IMG/VR virus record: IMGVR_UViG_3300045258_000102
Span: 8,891-72,890 of that record
Direction: 5' to 3' (one strand)
DNA: 64,000 nt
From: a virus
Numbering within the stretch: the stretch's first letter is position 1; each line of letters starts with the position of its first letter. The position numbers were made by a program, and so were the translations under genes. Positions 29,185 to 38,932 of the stretch are shown here, piece by piece. The notes below the pieces were generated by a model. That model saw only the letters and a program-made list of their open reading frames with translations, was not told the DNA's origin and made no database searches.

Positions 29185-30453
29185 ATGAACACAGCACCAG
29201 CGAAGATAGCAAAACCCCCATATTCGCGCGACGGAAAACTACAGCTTTGCAGCAAGTGCAACAAGTATTGCAGTCGGACTCTAAATCTCTGTCCGCATTG
29301 TCCCCAGCCAGAATTCCAGCGACAGCCGGACGGCACTTGGCAAGCGCCACCGCGCAACGGAGTCTGACACAGCGCACGCCAGCCGGCGAATTTTTGGAGG
29401 ATCGAACGATGGCAAGTGAAACGAAATGCGAACATAACCCGCACCGCGTGACTGCCGACATCCTTGAGGGCGAGAACCCACGATACCACGTTCAGTGGTG
29501 CCAAGTCTGCGGCGCGTGGCGATTTGCTTTCAGGGACGCGGATGGCGAAGCGTTTAACCACAGCGATTGGCGTGAGCCAGAGCGGCGAGCAGTCGCGAGG
29601 TCGGAGTCATGACTAGACCACCGTGGGGCCACGTCTCTCGGCATTGCATCTACTGCGGAGGCGTAGGTCCGCGAACTATCGTTGCGTTCGGATGGGCGCA
29701 CAAGTATTGCATTCCTAAAGAAGAAAAGTCCCTTCGACGCATCAAGCGTCCGGAAACCACCAAGGAGAAAAAATGATGGACGGCACATGCAAGGTTTGCG
29801 GTAACGAGGATTTGTACTCGGCGGTCACTGGCGACGGCGTTTGCGCGATCTGCACAATGAAATTCTTCGGCGGAATAAAGCCTAACCAGCAGTCAATTGC
29901 GAGCGTGCGCGCGAAACTAGGCGTAGCTGACGGCGAGTTTTTCAAGCAGGATTGCGGCGCAGAAGCGCGGAGGATTCTTGGACGATGATTAAATCATGTG
30001 ACGGCTGTAAATTCTGGTCAGAGTTGATAGCGCGTGCGATCGGCGGCGGGCCGCTGCAAGCCATCTGCCTCAGCCACGAATCCGGGCACTACGGCGCCTA
30101 TGTACATCGCGGCTGCGAGTCATTCAGTGCGGGCCGAGCGATTGACGATCCATCACCAACCGCTGACGAAATCAACCGATGGGCTGCCCCATCAATGGAG
30201 GACGAATAACATGCCTGGACCAATGAGCGATAGCTACGATCCTGAGTTTAGCACCGGTGAAAATTGTGCGGAAATCTGCGAAGCGCTGGACGCCGTTTAT
30301 CAGCGCGTGTGCGTGGTGCTCAAGCAGTCGGAACCGATCTATATTCTCGATTTGGTGCGCACGCCATTTCCCAAAAAGATATCCGCCTTGCTCACAGAGA
30401 AGCAGTGGCGGTTGATCCGCTTCGCGTTGGAACGGGCCAAGGATTCGATTTAA
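29185..30453 (+). CDS. Array of small Cys-rich hypothetical genes (29185-29367, 29409-29612, 29773-29988, 29985-30209, 30211-30453)
   Basis: Each has a GGAG-type SD or an overlap; multiple CxxC motifs. Confidence 0.55.
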
Positions 30454-30467
30454 CGGAGCATCCAACT

Positions 30468-30686
30468 ATGAAGCGTAAACCCCTCTCCACCACCCTCGTC
30501 GAGCTGCGCACCAAGCACGGCCTAACCCAAGCCGAGCTGGCCGAGCGAAGCGGGGTGACGAAAAGAACCATTGAGGACGTGGAGCAAGGGCGCAGCGAAG
30601 ACCCAAAGTGTGCCACGCTCGCAGCATTGGCCACGGCACTCGGAATCACGATGCAAGAATTGTGGTTCGGCACTCGCAGGAAGTAG
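30468..30686 (+). CDS. XRE-family HTH transcriptional regulator
   Basis: LRTKHGLTQAELAERSGVTKRTIEDVEQG...P...TL.ALA.ALG. Confidence 0.9.
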   Translation: MKRKPLSTTLVELRTKHGLTQAELAERSGVTKRTIEDVEQGRSEDPKCATLAALATALGITMQELWFGTRRK

Positions 30687-30769
30687 TGTCTTTTGCTAGA
30701 ATGCGAGCGGCCAGAGGTGTTCAGACCACTGGCCGCTCTAACCACCGCAACCCTAGCAAGAGGGCTCCA

Positions 30770-31390
30770 ATGGCTGAGGCCAATTCTATTGAGCGCGTGC
30801 CGGAACCGGAAGCCGAGGAATGGCGAGACATTCCAGGCTATGAAGGCTATCAAGCAAGCAGCATCGGCCGCGTGCGATCAAATTTCCTGCTAGGCGGCCA
30901 CGGACGGCGCGGAGCGTGGCGCGTCAGAAAGTTGTGTAAAATGTCGAGCGGCTACCCAAGCCTTTCCGTTGTCGTCGGTGGGACGCGATCGTCGCCGGCC
31001 GTCCATTGGTTGGTTGCGGCGGCTTTTTTGGGGCCTCGGCCGGCTGGATTTGAGATCAACCACATCGATGGCGTGAAGAGCAATAATCGCGTTGGAAACC
31101 TAGAGTACGTGACGGTTTCAGAAAACAAGAGGCACGCCATACGGCTCGGACTGATGCCGGGACCTCCACATTATTTCGGCGAGAAGCATCACAACGCGAA
31201 GCTCACGCAGATTCAAGCCGACGAAATACGACGCATCCATGCGACTGGCCGGCATTTGCAAAAAACGATTGCCAAGAAGTTCGGCGTGAGTCCCTACGTC
31301 GTCAGCGATATCGTGACCGGGAAGACCTACAAATCGATCGACGCCATTGAGCCCGAGGAAGCGAAGCAAGAAACCTTTGACGAGAACTAA
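30770..31390 (+). CDS. NUMOD4-HNH homing endonuclease
   Basis: EEWRDIPGYEGYQASSIGRVRS; VHWLVA; INHIDGVKSNN..NLEY. Confidence 0.9.
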   Translation: MAEANSIERVPEPEAEEWRDIPGYEGYQASSIGRVRSNFLLGGHGRRGAWRVRKLCKMSSGYPSLSVVVGGTRSSPAVHWLVAAAFLGPRPAGFEINHIDGVKSNNRVGNLEYVTVSENKRHAIRLGLMPGPPHYFGEKHHNAKLTQIQADEIRRIHATGRHLQKTIAKKFGVSPYVVSDIVTGKTYKSIDAIEPEEAKQETFDEN

Positions 31391-31391
31391 C

Positions 31392-32114
31392 GTGACCAAG
31401 GCAACGATCTACTGCCGCTACAGCGACAGGCCGGGAGCCGACACGTGCGAATCAAACGCCGTGCAGCTGGCGGCGTGCCAAGCCTATTGTCAGGCTCGCG
31501 ACTACGAAGTGCTGGCCGTCTTCGAGGACGCCGCGATCTCCGGGAAGAACGAAGATCGGCCGCTGCTCTGGCAAGCGGTAGAAACGCTGCGCAGGGGTTC
31601 GGTGCTCGTGGCGTACCGTGCCGATCGCCTAGCGAGGGGTGTGTATCTCTCCGAGGTGCTGCATCGCACAGTGGCCAAGAAGCGGGCCAAGATCGAAGTC
31701 TGCGAAGGAAGCAACAACGGAGACAGCGACCACGACGTGCTAGTAAGGCAGATTCTGGCGGCCGTGGCTGAGCTCGAACGCAAGGTGATTGCCGCAAGGA
31801 CGAAAGCCGCGATGAAGCATTACCAGAAAAATGGATTGCTCATGGGGAGAGACCCACACTATGGGACCAAGCGCGGACCAGACAAGATCACCAAAAAGGC
31901 CGACGGCACGACGCGCATCCAAAAGACCATCGTCGACAACCCCGCGGAGATGCTAGTAGTCGAGCGTGTGCTGGCCGCTCACGCCAGCGGACTCAATTCA
32001 CGCCAGATTGCTCGCGCGCTCACTGAGGACTGCGTAGAGCCCCGTGGTAGGCGCTGGAATCATTCGGCGATCGTCCGCATTGTGAAGCGGTACGGCTCAC
32101 CAGCCGACGGCTGA
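31392..32114 (+). CDS. Serine recombinase (resolvase/invertase catalytic domain plus short recombinase domain)
   Basis: IYCRYS, D.AISG...RP.L, YRADRLAR, AELER..I..RT. Confidence 0.9.
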   Translation: MTKATIYCRYSDRPGADTCESNAVQLAACQAYCQARDYEVLAVFEDAAISGKNEDRPLLWQAVETLRRGSVLVAYRADRLARGVYLSEVLHRTVAKKRAKIEVCEGSNNGDSDHDVLVRQILAAVAELERKVIAARTKAAMKHYQKNGLLMGRDPHYGTKRGPDKITKKADGTTRIQKTIVDNPAEMLVVERVLAAHASGLNSRQIARALTEDCVEPRGRRWNHSAIVRIVKRYGSPADG

Positions 32115-32414
32115 GGGGTATTCCATCGGGTCGGGCGCAGGTTTGTCGATGAACGACCAGAGGCGCTCACGATCGGCGAAATAAAGTGGCGTGCCGTCGG
32201 GGACATTGGAGACGCCGCCCGAAAGAATGGCGCAGCCCTCGTATGAATCAGGTGGCGGGACTGGAACGTCGCCGCGGAGCACCAGCGAGTGGACGTCGCG
32301 AGGATGCAGCTTCACCTTCGGCCGACGTCGGACCCTGATCTCATCCCGCACCAGCAGCCAGCAGAGGGCCAGTGCGAAGGCACCGGCGATCACGAGGTAG
32401 GTCACGGTTCGCAT
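32097..32414 (-). CDS. N-terminally anchored membrane protein
   Basis: One N-terminal TM helix followed by a basic stretch. Confidence 0.5.
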   Translation of the reverse strand: MRTVTYLVIAGAFALALCWLLVRDEIRVRRRPKVKLHPRDVHSLVLRGDVPVPPPDSYEGCAILSGGVSNVPDGTPLYFADRERLWSFIDKPAPDPMEYPSAVGW

Positions 32415-32427
32415 TTCAAAGACTCCC

Positions 32428-32952
32428 TTACGTTGGCCGGAGGTGCATCAACGCCGACATGACACCGATCGCGGCCAGCACGATCCCTGACATCACGCCG
32501 AGCACGGCGATAATCAGGCCACGGCTCTCGGTAACGCCGGTCGTCTTCCCCTCGCCGGTGGTGATTCGAGATTTGACGTCGTCGATCTTCTCGTTCAGGC
32601 CATCGAGCTGCTTGGTAACTGCCTTCTCGCTCTTGTCGATCGCCAGCGCGCTGCTCTTGTTTTGTTCGGCGTTGGCTTCCTTGACGGCTTGCAGTGCGTC
32701 CTCGACCGCCTTCTCGCTGTTGTCGAATCGCTTGTCCGTGCTGCGAAAGCGTTCGTCGAAAATCTTCTCGAGGTTCTGTATGGCAAGGTCAACTGAGGCG
32801 TGGCGCAACTCGATGGCCTTGTCCATGCCATCCAAGCGGGCGAAGACGACGTCGCGAAGCGCGCCAACCGCCACTTTCAACTGCTCGGTGGCCAGGACCG
32901 TGGGGTCCGGCTTGACCACCGCCGCCGCAGATTCCCGACCGTCGCCCTCCAT
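32428..32952 (-). CDS. Coiled-coil protein with C-terminal TM (holin/spanin-like)
   Basis: Heptad region, AIDKSEKA motif and C-terminal hydrophobic helix. Confidence 0.65.
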   Translation of the reverse strand: MEGDGRESAAAVVKPDPTVLATEQLKVAVGALRDVVFARLDGMDKAIELRHASVDLAIQNLEKIFDERFRSTDKRFDNSEKAVEDALQAVKEANAEQNKSSALAIDKSEKAVTKQLDGLNEKIDDVKSRITTGEGKTTGVTESRGLIIAVLGVMSGIVLAAIGVMSALMHLRPT

Positions 32953-32967
32953 CGGCCCACCCCCGGA

Positions 32968-33195
32968 TCAGTGAATGACGACGCCACCGCCGCGGTTCCA
33001 GCCGCCGAAGACTGGGAAGCCGCCGCCCTGTAGCAACCCCAGAAACACGAGCAGCAGAATGAGTCCGATGATCAACCAAACAATCTGCTTGATCGGATCA
33101 GGGATCGGAAGTTGCGCCATGATCAAACGCACCACCCAAATCACAATCAAAAGAACGACGCAGCCGATTAAAAACGCGATAAGCCACGAGATCAT
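32968..33195 (-). CDS. Small 2-TM membrane protein (holin candidate)
   Basis: Two TM helices joined by LPIPDPIK. Confidence 0.7.
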   Translation of the reverse strand: MISWLIAFLIGCVVLLIVIWVVRLIMAQLPIPDPIKQIVWLIIGLILLLVFLGLLQGGGFPVFGGWNRGGGVVIH

Positions 33196-33224
33196 TGTTC
33201 TACCCTCTGTTTGTTTGAGCGGTT

Positions 33225-33701
33225 CTATCTGGGCGCCGGCGCTTCAGGCGCGGCAGCTGGGAAAACAACCGGCTGCACCGGCTGAATCGCTTTGTTTTCG
33301 TTAATCTTCTCGAGCGTGGTCGCGATCGAGCGCAGCAGGTCGTTGTTCTCGGTCTTCTTCTCAGCCACGGCCTGCAGCTCGTGCGTGTTCTGATCGAGCG
33401 ACCGGACTAAGACATCGTGCTGCTGAGACACGTCGTGGAGCGCCAGTGTGTTCGCCTGGACGACGTCGGTCAACTTTTCTCGAACGAACCTCTCGCCTTC
33501 GGCCACGCGGGTATCCAGCTTGTTGAACTGCAGCGTGCCGACGTAGATGAAGAAGATGGCAATGCCTGCGAACAGACCCCAGCGCTTCGCAACTTCCAGT
33601 AGCATGGCGGCCTGATGCTCCTTCGTGCTGACGATGTCCGAGAGGATGCCGCCGCGACCAGATGTTTCCTCGGTAACATTTAGTTTTGATTTGGTCGTCA
33701 T
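33225..33701 (-). CDS. Single-TM plus coiled-coil protein (holin-like)
   Basis: RWGLFAGIAIFFIYVG followed by a coiled coil; ATGA overlap. Confidence 0.6.
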   Translation of the reverse strand: MTTKSKLNVTEETSGRGGILSDIVSTKEHQAAMLLEVAKRWGLFAGIAIFFIYVGTLQFNKLDTRVAEGERFVREKLTDVVQANTLALHDVSQQHDVLVRSLDQNTHELQAVAEKKTENNDLLRSIATTLEKINENKAIQPVQPVVFPAAAPEAPAPR

Positions 33702-34042
33702 TCGCCGTACCCTCCATCCTCCATCGGCTTCTGCGGCGGATGCTTGCTGGCGGTGATCGCCTTCGCGGATGCCAACTTGTCTTCCATGCCGGCGACAATT
33801 GCGCGAGCTTCCCGAACGCCTGGGCCCGGATGCCCGTCGCCACGCTCGAGCTGATCGCGGAGCTTCACCATGTCGTCTTGCAGATCGCTCAGCTTCTTGT
33901 CGACTCTGCTGCGCTGGTCGATGTACCAACGGGTCACGTGGTACGCGGTCGCGAACAGCCCGAGGACTGCGATGATCCACGCGGGCACAGAATCCACCCA
34001 AGTACCTAAGATCCGGAACGGGCTAGCCATTGTGCGGTTCAT
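33698..34042 (-). CDS. Single-TM plus coiled-coil protein
   Basis: PAWIIAVLGLFATAY followed by a coiled coil. Confidence 0.55.
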   Translation of the reverse strand: MNRTMASPFRILGTWVDSVPAWIIAVLGLFATAYHVTRWYIDQRSRVDKKLSDLQDDMVKLRDQLERGDGHPGPGVREARAIVAGMEDKLASAKAITASKHPPQKPMEDGGYGE

Positions 34043-34311
34043 ATCGTTCAAGTCGGCGATCAATGAGTCGCTCGAGATTCTCTACGGCGTGGCCTTCGCT
34101 GAAACCCTCGGCGCTAAGTGCGTCGAGGCTGAAATAATCGTTCTCCTGAGAGGCTGTCGCGACAACTGGCATGGCTACGTCGTGCTGCGGCCTGACTTCG
34201 ATGTTGTAGCCGCGATAAGGTATCCCCACGGTCCGCCCCCAACAGGCCGGCCGACGTGCTGAGCAGGCGATACGCAACACGTCGACCGGATTCGGTTGGC
34301 TCAGGGAGTGT

Positions 34312-34908
34312 CTACTGCTCGGTCACAGGGCCGGCCGAAATCTCGATGGTCGCCGCTGCTCCGGCCGTAACGTCCACCTCCTCGCTGCCGGCGAAGTCGA
34401 CACCGCCGATTGTGGCCTTGACGGAGACCATCGCGGCACCGATCGGGGCAACGGCCGAAACTTCGCAGTTCATGCCGTCAGCCGTGACGGCCAGCGCGAT
34501 CATCTCGGTGTTGTCGGCAAACCATTCCGGCGGTGCATCCGGCGTGGCTGTCGTGGGTTGGCCCTTGGCGTCCTTGAACGCGAGGGACAGGGTAACTTTT
34601 TGCGAGTCGGTGATTGTGATGACGCCCATGATTTCTCCTTGAAATGAGGATTGGTACTGAGGTGTTAAAGTGACGGGTGATTTCAATTGACTGATCGGTC
34701 CAGCGCGGAAGTAAATGCCGAGCTCGTCCGTGTTGCCGCAAGACTCTTCGATCTTGGCAATGACCGCGGCTTGGTTCTTGCCGGCCTGTTCGCCAAGATC
34801 GGTGATTCCTTGAGCCGTCTTAGTCGACGACGCGTTGACCGCCTTCGTCAGCTGGTTGACCGCCTTCAGGATGTCCGAGTTGGAAACAAGCATGTTGAAG
34901 AGTCCCAT
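34312..34908 (-). CDS. Coiled-coil plus Ig-like beta-sandwich protein (possible internal start at MGVITITDSQ)
   Basis: TDSQKVTLSLAFKDAKG.P...P.W motif; AAGGAG precedes the internal ATG. Confidence 0.6.
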   Translation of the reverse strand: MGLFNMLVSNSDILKAVNQLTKAVNASSTKTAQGITDLGEQAGKNQAAVIAKIEESCGNTDELGIYFRAGPISQLKSPVTLTPQYQSSFQGEIMGVITITDSQKVTLSLAFKDAKGQPTTATPDAPPEWFADNTEMIALAVTADGMNCEVSAVAPIGAAMVSVKATIGGVDFAGSEEVDVTAGAAATIEISAGPVTEQ

Positions 34909-34930
34909 AGTTACTGAAAGTTTTGAGGGA

Positions 34931-35746
34931 TTACTTGCCGGCCGGTCGCTTATCGAGGCCCTTTTCCTTGAGCAGCGCCGCCACGTCGTCTACGTGGAGA
35001 CAATCGCACATGCAGGCTCCTGTCCGTGCCTCTTGGATCGGTGCGATGACGCCGTTGCAGTAGTCATTGCCAGGTGCTGCGCTGTGAAGCACGCCGGCTG
35101 CTGTGATTTGTCCGTCGTTGCCAAGTTGCACGATCTTGTCGCCGTTCTTAGCTTCACGGCCGTTTCGGTAGTGCATGTTCTTGTTCCTTGTGGTTGTCGT
35201 AAGAAGGCCGCCGCGTCCGCTCGTGACAGTCGCGACGGCCGGGGGAGGAGAGTTAAAGTTCAGTCTTGCAAATTCTCCATGAAGCTCCTTTGCTGCCAGG
35301 TCGTAGGCAGCGCCTGCCTCTTCGGCGGAGTCGAAATATCCAATGCACCTACGCGTGCCATTGGCACCGATTCGGGCCGCCCATTTTTTCTGATACTTGT
35401 GGTAGTCGACTCCCCTAAATCCAGACGTGTTTTTGTTGCAAAGTCTCGAGTTTTGCCGATTCTCTGAGTAGGTTGCGCGGCGTAGATTGTTGAGCCTGTT
35501 ATCCAGGCCAGATCCGTTTTTGTGGTCGGTGTTCTTGCTCGGTTCAATACCAGCCAGCTTGAGAATCTCCCTGTGCATCCTAACGGTCCCTCGTCGACCG
35601 TTTTGCGTCCTGAGGTTTCGGGTTGCGTAGTACACGTACCCATTCCGCTGGCGAGTCGCGTACCATTTGTATTTATTTAATTCCTCGTAAAATTCGTCAT
35701 CGACGATGGCCTGCTTGCCCTGTGTCAATTCGATATACTTTGTCAC
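34931..35746 (-). CDS. HNH-AP2 endonuclease reading in frame into a small MHYRNGREAKNGD protein
   Basis: IELTQGKQAIVDD, MHREI, DHKNGSGLDNR..NLR, AP2 (SGFRGV...W.A.I...IGYF..AEEA), then MHYRNG...CMCDCLHVDD. Confidence 0.85.
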   Translation of the reverse strand: MTKYIELTQGKQAIVDDEFYEELNKYKWYATRQRNGYVYYATRNLRTQNGRRGTVRMHREILKLAGIEPSKNTDHKNGSGLDNRLNNLRRATYSENRQNSRLCNKNTSGFRGVDYHKYQKKWAARIGANGTRRCIGYFDSAEEAGAAYDLAAKELHGEFARLNFNSPPPAVATVTSGRGGLLTTTTRNKNMHYRNGREAKNGDKIVQLGNDGQITAAGVLHSAAPGNDYCNGVIAPIQEARTGACMCDCLHVDDVAALLKEKGLDKRPAGK

Positions 35747-35819
35747 GTTGAGTTCTCCTTTTTAGAACTTGACCACGGCCCCGGACGTTGCCACGTCGCG
35801 GGGCCATTTTCTTTCATCC

Positions 35820-36290
35820 TTATTGTCGCGAGGCGGCAACTGAGCCTGGATTCGGCTCGAGATCAGGGGCCAGTCGCCGCACGGTAACAATCGCCGGGTG
35901 ACCGACATGCCTAGCCACTGGATCTGACGGCCGGTCGTTCTGGCTCGACTTCGGAGCCTCGCCAGCTGCGCATCCGCACGAAGGCTCGCTTTCAATCCCG
36001 CATGAGGGCTCAACTCCGCAGCTCGCTTCGCCACAACTAGCCTCGGACGACGCTGGATGCAGTCGAGCGCGAATCCTGGCGAGGATGCCTAAGCCGGCGC
36101 CACCGCGTGCCCCGCGGAAGCCGACCTGCCAATTTGGGTTGTACATCGGGCCACTAATGCCGCCGTGATCGACGCCGCAGCTGCCGCTCGAGCATTGGCC
36201 GCCCGAGCAGGCGATCGCAGGCGTTGTCACGAAGCAGCACACGGCGAGGAGCGCCACGGCCGCAAATAAGATGCACGAAAGTCTACACAT
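35820..36290 (-). CDS. Exported Cys-rich protein with (E)xSCG repeats
   Basis: Signal peptide; CSGGQCSSGSCG and EASCGEASCGVEPSCGIESEPSCGC; AAAGGAG SD. Confidence 0.65.
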   Translation of the reverse strand: MCRLSCILFAAVALLAVCCFVTTPAIACSGGQCSSGSCGVDHGGISGPMYNPNWQVGFRGARGGAGLGILARIRARLHPASSEASCGEASCGVEPSCGIESEPSCGCAAGEAPKSSQNDRPSDPVARHVGHPAIVTVRRLAPDLEPNPGSVAASRQ

Positions 36291-36305
36291 GAGAATCTCC
36301 TTTGT

Positions 36306-37133
36306 TCACAAGGACTTGAGGGTTGCGAGAAAATCGTTTGGATTGGCCGGTGGGCGAAAGCCTGGAACGCTGGATTTGCCCGGCTCAAAGACGAAGGCGA
36401 CCGGGATCCGGCTCGCGCCAAACTGCCTGGCCGTCTGCGGGTACTGGTCGACATCGATCAGACAGAAAACCAGATTGTCGGCGATGTACTGCTTGAGCGT
36501 CGGATCGGCCAGCGTCTGGTTCTCGATTGGCTTGCACCAGCTGCACCACGTGGCCGTGAAGAGTAGCAGCACCTTACGCCCACTCATCTTCGCGGCAGCC
36601 GTGGCTGAAGCTAGGTCGTCGTACCGCTCGCGCAGCTGCGGCTCTGGTGGCTTCTCAGCGGCCTTGGTTTCGTAGCTGGCGAGCTGGGCTTTGAGTTCGA
36701 CGTTCTCTTGTTTGACGATCTTGTAGGCCGCCGACAGCGAATTATCCATCAGTTCGAGCTGATTGTACTGAGCTTGGAGCTCGGCCAGCTGTTTCTTAAT
36801 GTCGGCGTTTTGCTGCTTTAAGTCATCCATTTCCTTGGTATTGAAATCTATAGCCCCCAGCCGCAACCGCCACTCGGTACGGGCTTGCGTCGGTGCTCCC
36901 GCCGTCTCGGTCTGCTTGTTTCCCAGTGGGCCAACGTAGTCCCCGGGTCCCCAGCCGCCGTCCGGACTCCATGCGTGTGTTGGCGCGTAAGTATGCTCGC
37001 CGGCCGGCGCTGCTGGTTGGTCGACGACTTGGTCACCAACGAGCGGCACGGGAGCCAGCGGCAGCGGGAACAGCAGGTGCGCGGCGACGAATGCGATGCA
37101 GGCAGCCAGGGCGGTGTTGAGCGCGAGTTTCAT
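36306..37133 (-). CDS. Exported/membrane-anchored coiled-coil plus thioredoxin-family protein
   Basis: N-terminal hydrophobic signal; FTATWCSWCK active site; IDVD...A..FG...IP cis-Pro motif. Confidence 0.85.
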   Translation of the reverse strand: MKLALNTALAACIAFVAAHLLFPLPLAPVPLVGDQVVDQPAAPAGEHTYAPTHAWSPDGGWGPGDYVGPLGNKQTETAGAPTQARTEWRLRLGAIDFNTKEMDDLKQQNADIKKQLAELQAQYNQLELMDNSLSAAYKIVKQENVELKAQLASYETKAAEKPPEPQLRERYDDLASATAAAKMSGRKVLLLFTATWCSWCKPIENQTLADPTLKQYIADNLVFCLIDVDQYPQTARQFGASRIPVAFVFEPGKSSVPGFRPPANPNDFLATLKSL

Positions 37134-37642
37134 GCTGCAAACCTCCGCTTGCGATTGGCAATCCGCCAGATCGTGGTTTTGGCGACGCCATATTTCTCAG
37201 CGAGGTCTTTCCGAAGCTCGCCGGCTGCAAGGGCTGCGCGGACTTCGTCGACCTGAGCATCCGTAAGTTTCGCCGTTGGGTGCGACTCGCCACGTGGCAT
37301 TACACCGAGCCGCCGGTTGTCGGCGTAGTTTTCTGCCGGCGTCCCCCACTTCAGGTTCTCGAGACGACAATCTGTTTTCTTGCCGTTCAGGTGGCGGCAT
37401 TGCATTCCTTCTGGACAAGGCCCGGCGAACGACGTCAGCACCAAGCGATGTACGCGGAAGGTTTTGTATTTGCACGGCTCCGTCGAGAGATTGACGCTAA
37501 GGTAGCCTTTCTCGTTCACAGCTGGCTTCTTGATCTTCCAGGGGATCGGACGACGCCGCGTTGAGATGCAGGTCCAGACGCTGCCGTCGTTGCCTACGCG
37601 GTAACCGGGGTGGCCAGGGATGTCGCGGTATTCAACGTCCAT
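37130..37642 (-). CDS. NUMOD4-HNH homing endonuclease
   Basis: YRDIPGHPGYRVGNDG; VHRLVL; CRHLNG...RLENLKWGT. Confidence 0.9.
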   Translation of the reverse strand: MDVEYRDIPGHPGYRVGNDGSVWTCISTRRRPIPWKIKKPAVNEKGYLSVNLSTEPCKYKTFRVHRLVLTSFAGPCPEGMQCRHLNGKKTDCRLENLKWGTPAENYADNRRLGVMPRGESHPTAKLTDAQVDEVRAALAAGELRKDLAEKYGVAKTTIWRIANRKRRFAA

Positions 37643-37650
37643 CTGCTTAT

Positions 37651-38439
37651 TTACGCAACGCTATTTTCAATGGCAGCGACCCTGCCGGCCTCGTCGAACT
37701 TGGAATACGCGTCGCTGAGAATGAAGTATCCGTTCACACCGTAGCTGCTTCCCCAACTATTGCGCCCCTTATAGACCCAGCGCTTCTTTGCGTCGTCCCA
37801 CGCCAATCCGACAAGGATAATTTCATGTTGCCAACGCGGAATTCCGACGGTGACCGCTTGGTTCTGCACCAGCGACGATCTGATCAGCTGGTGGTCATCC
37901 GGCTCGAATTCTTCGTAGGTCGTGATCCGGTGAAGGCTGGCGTTTTGGACGATTTCTGGTGTAGCAACGCCTTTGAATTGCATCGGCGGCCACATCGCCT
38001 CGACGCATGTGCCATTCTCGGCGCACCACTTCACGTCTTGGATACCGGAGCCGCCTTCGTTTCTTCCGTGCTTGATTTGAGAGCATGGGTAGAACGACGA
38101 GAGAATCTTTACTGGCGCGCCAGTTTCGACAATAGCTAGTTCCATGCCGTGCACCGGCGCATGACCCCAGCAATATGAACTCGATTTTTGGTCCTTGGGC
38201 GGCAGGCCGGCGCGGTCGGCGATGTCGCACATCCACGACTTATTCGTCGTCTTATCCTTGGCTGCCTCATCGATTTCCTTGTCAGTCAGCCGCTTGATCG
38301 TCGGCGCCTGCGCACACTTCAATCCATTGAGCGGGAACGCTTGGTAGTCGCGCTCGACGTATCCTGTGCCGTGATCCCTGAGCTCGGCCGGCCGGGCGTA
38401 GGCTTCGTCAACGACTGGCAGTCCGTCGATAGTCTTCAT
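37651..38439 (-). CDS. Papain-like (C1) cysteine peptidase
   Basis: DQKSSSYCW (Gln/Cys), WQHEI (His), RNSWG (Asn); ATGA overlap. Confidence 0.85.
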   Translation of the reverse strand: MKTIDGLPVVDEAYARPAELRDHGTGYVERDYQAFPLNGLKCAQAPTIKRLTDKEIDEAAKDKTTNKSWMCDIADRAGLPPKDQKSSSYCWGHAPVHGMELAIVETGAPVKILSSFYPCSQIKHGRNEGGSGIQDVKWCAENGTCVEAMWPPMQFKGVATPEIVQNASLHRITTYEEFEPDDHQLIRSSLVQNQAVTVGIPRWQHEIILVGLAWDDAKKRWVYKGRNSWGSSYGVNGYFILSDAYSKFDEAGRVAAIENSVA

Positions 38440-38834
38440 CTTGCGTACTTTCGAATAAGTGCCTCGGCCGATTTCTCGTCCGCCGGCAACGCCGCTGAAC
38501 CGGTGATCTTTTTTGCCGTGCCGACGGTCAGCCAATCCGGGGACTTGCGGCCAGGGTCATCCATCAGGGCTTTGAATTCTGGTTGGTCGTCGTTGAATGT
38601 GGCCACCGAACTAACGATTCGATAGCGCCCCTTGCCGATCTCCGCGTCGCATACGTCGAGGAACGCCTGGTTGTCCAGAAACTTCGGCTTGTCGTCCACG
38701 TCGTAGGTTACGACGGCGCTCGGCTTGCCGAAGATTGTTCCGTTCGGAGGGGTGGCGCCGTGCGGCTGCAGGATGTGCACCAGCCCCACAAAGATGACCG
38801 CGAGAGCGATTTGAACGCGCAAGAGCTTCAGCAT
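38436..38834 (-). CDS. N-terminally anchored membrane protein coupled to the peptidase
   Basis: N-terminal TM helix and small soluble domain. Confidence 0.65.
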   Translation of the reverse strand: MLKLLRVQIALAVIFVGLVHILQPHGATPPNGTIFGKPSAVVTYDVDDKPKFLDNQAFLDVCDAEIGKGRYRIVSSVATFNDDQPEFKALMDDPGRKSPDWLTVGTAKKITGSAALPADEKSAEALIRKYAR

Positions 38835-38932
38835 GTGGCACCTATTGTTGCACCGTGTCGAAGTGCTGGATGATCTTCACGAGCACTACGATGATCAGGA
38901 TGCTTGTGACGAATCCGAACATGATATTTGCC

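Noticed and set aside
37130-37642. HNH genes as group I intron ORFs (also 59163-59672)
   Set aside because: They abut or overlap intact flanking genes, leaving no room for intron core sequence; they are free-standing.
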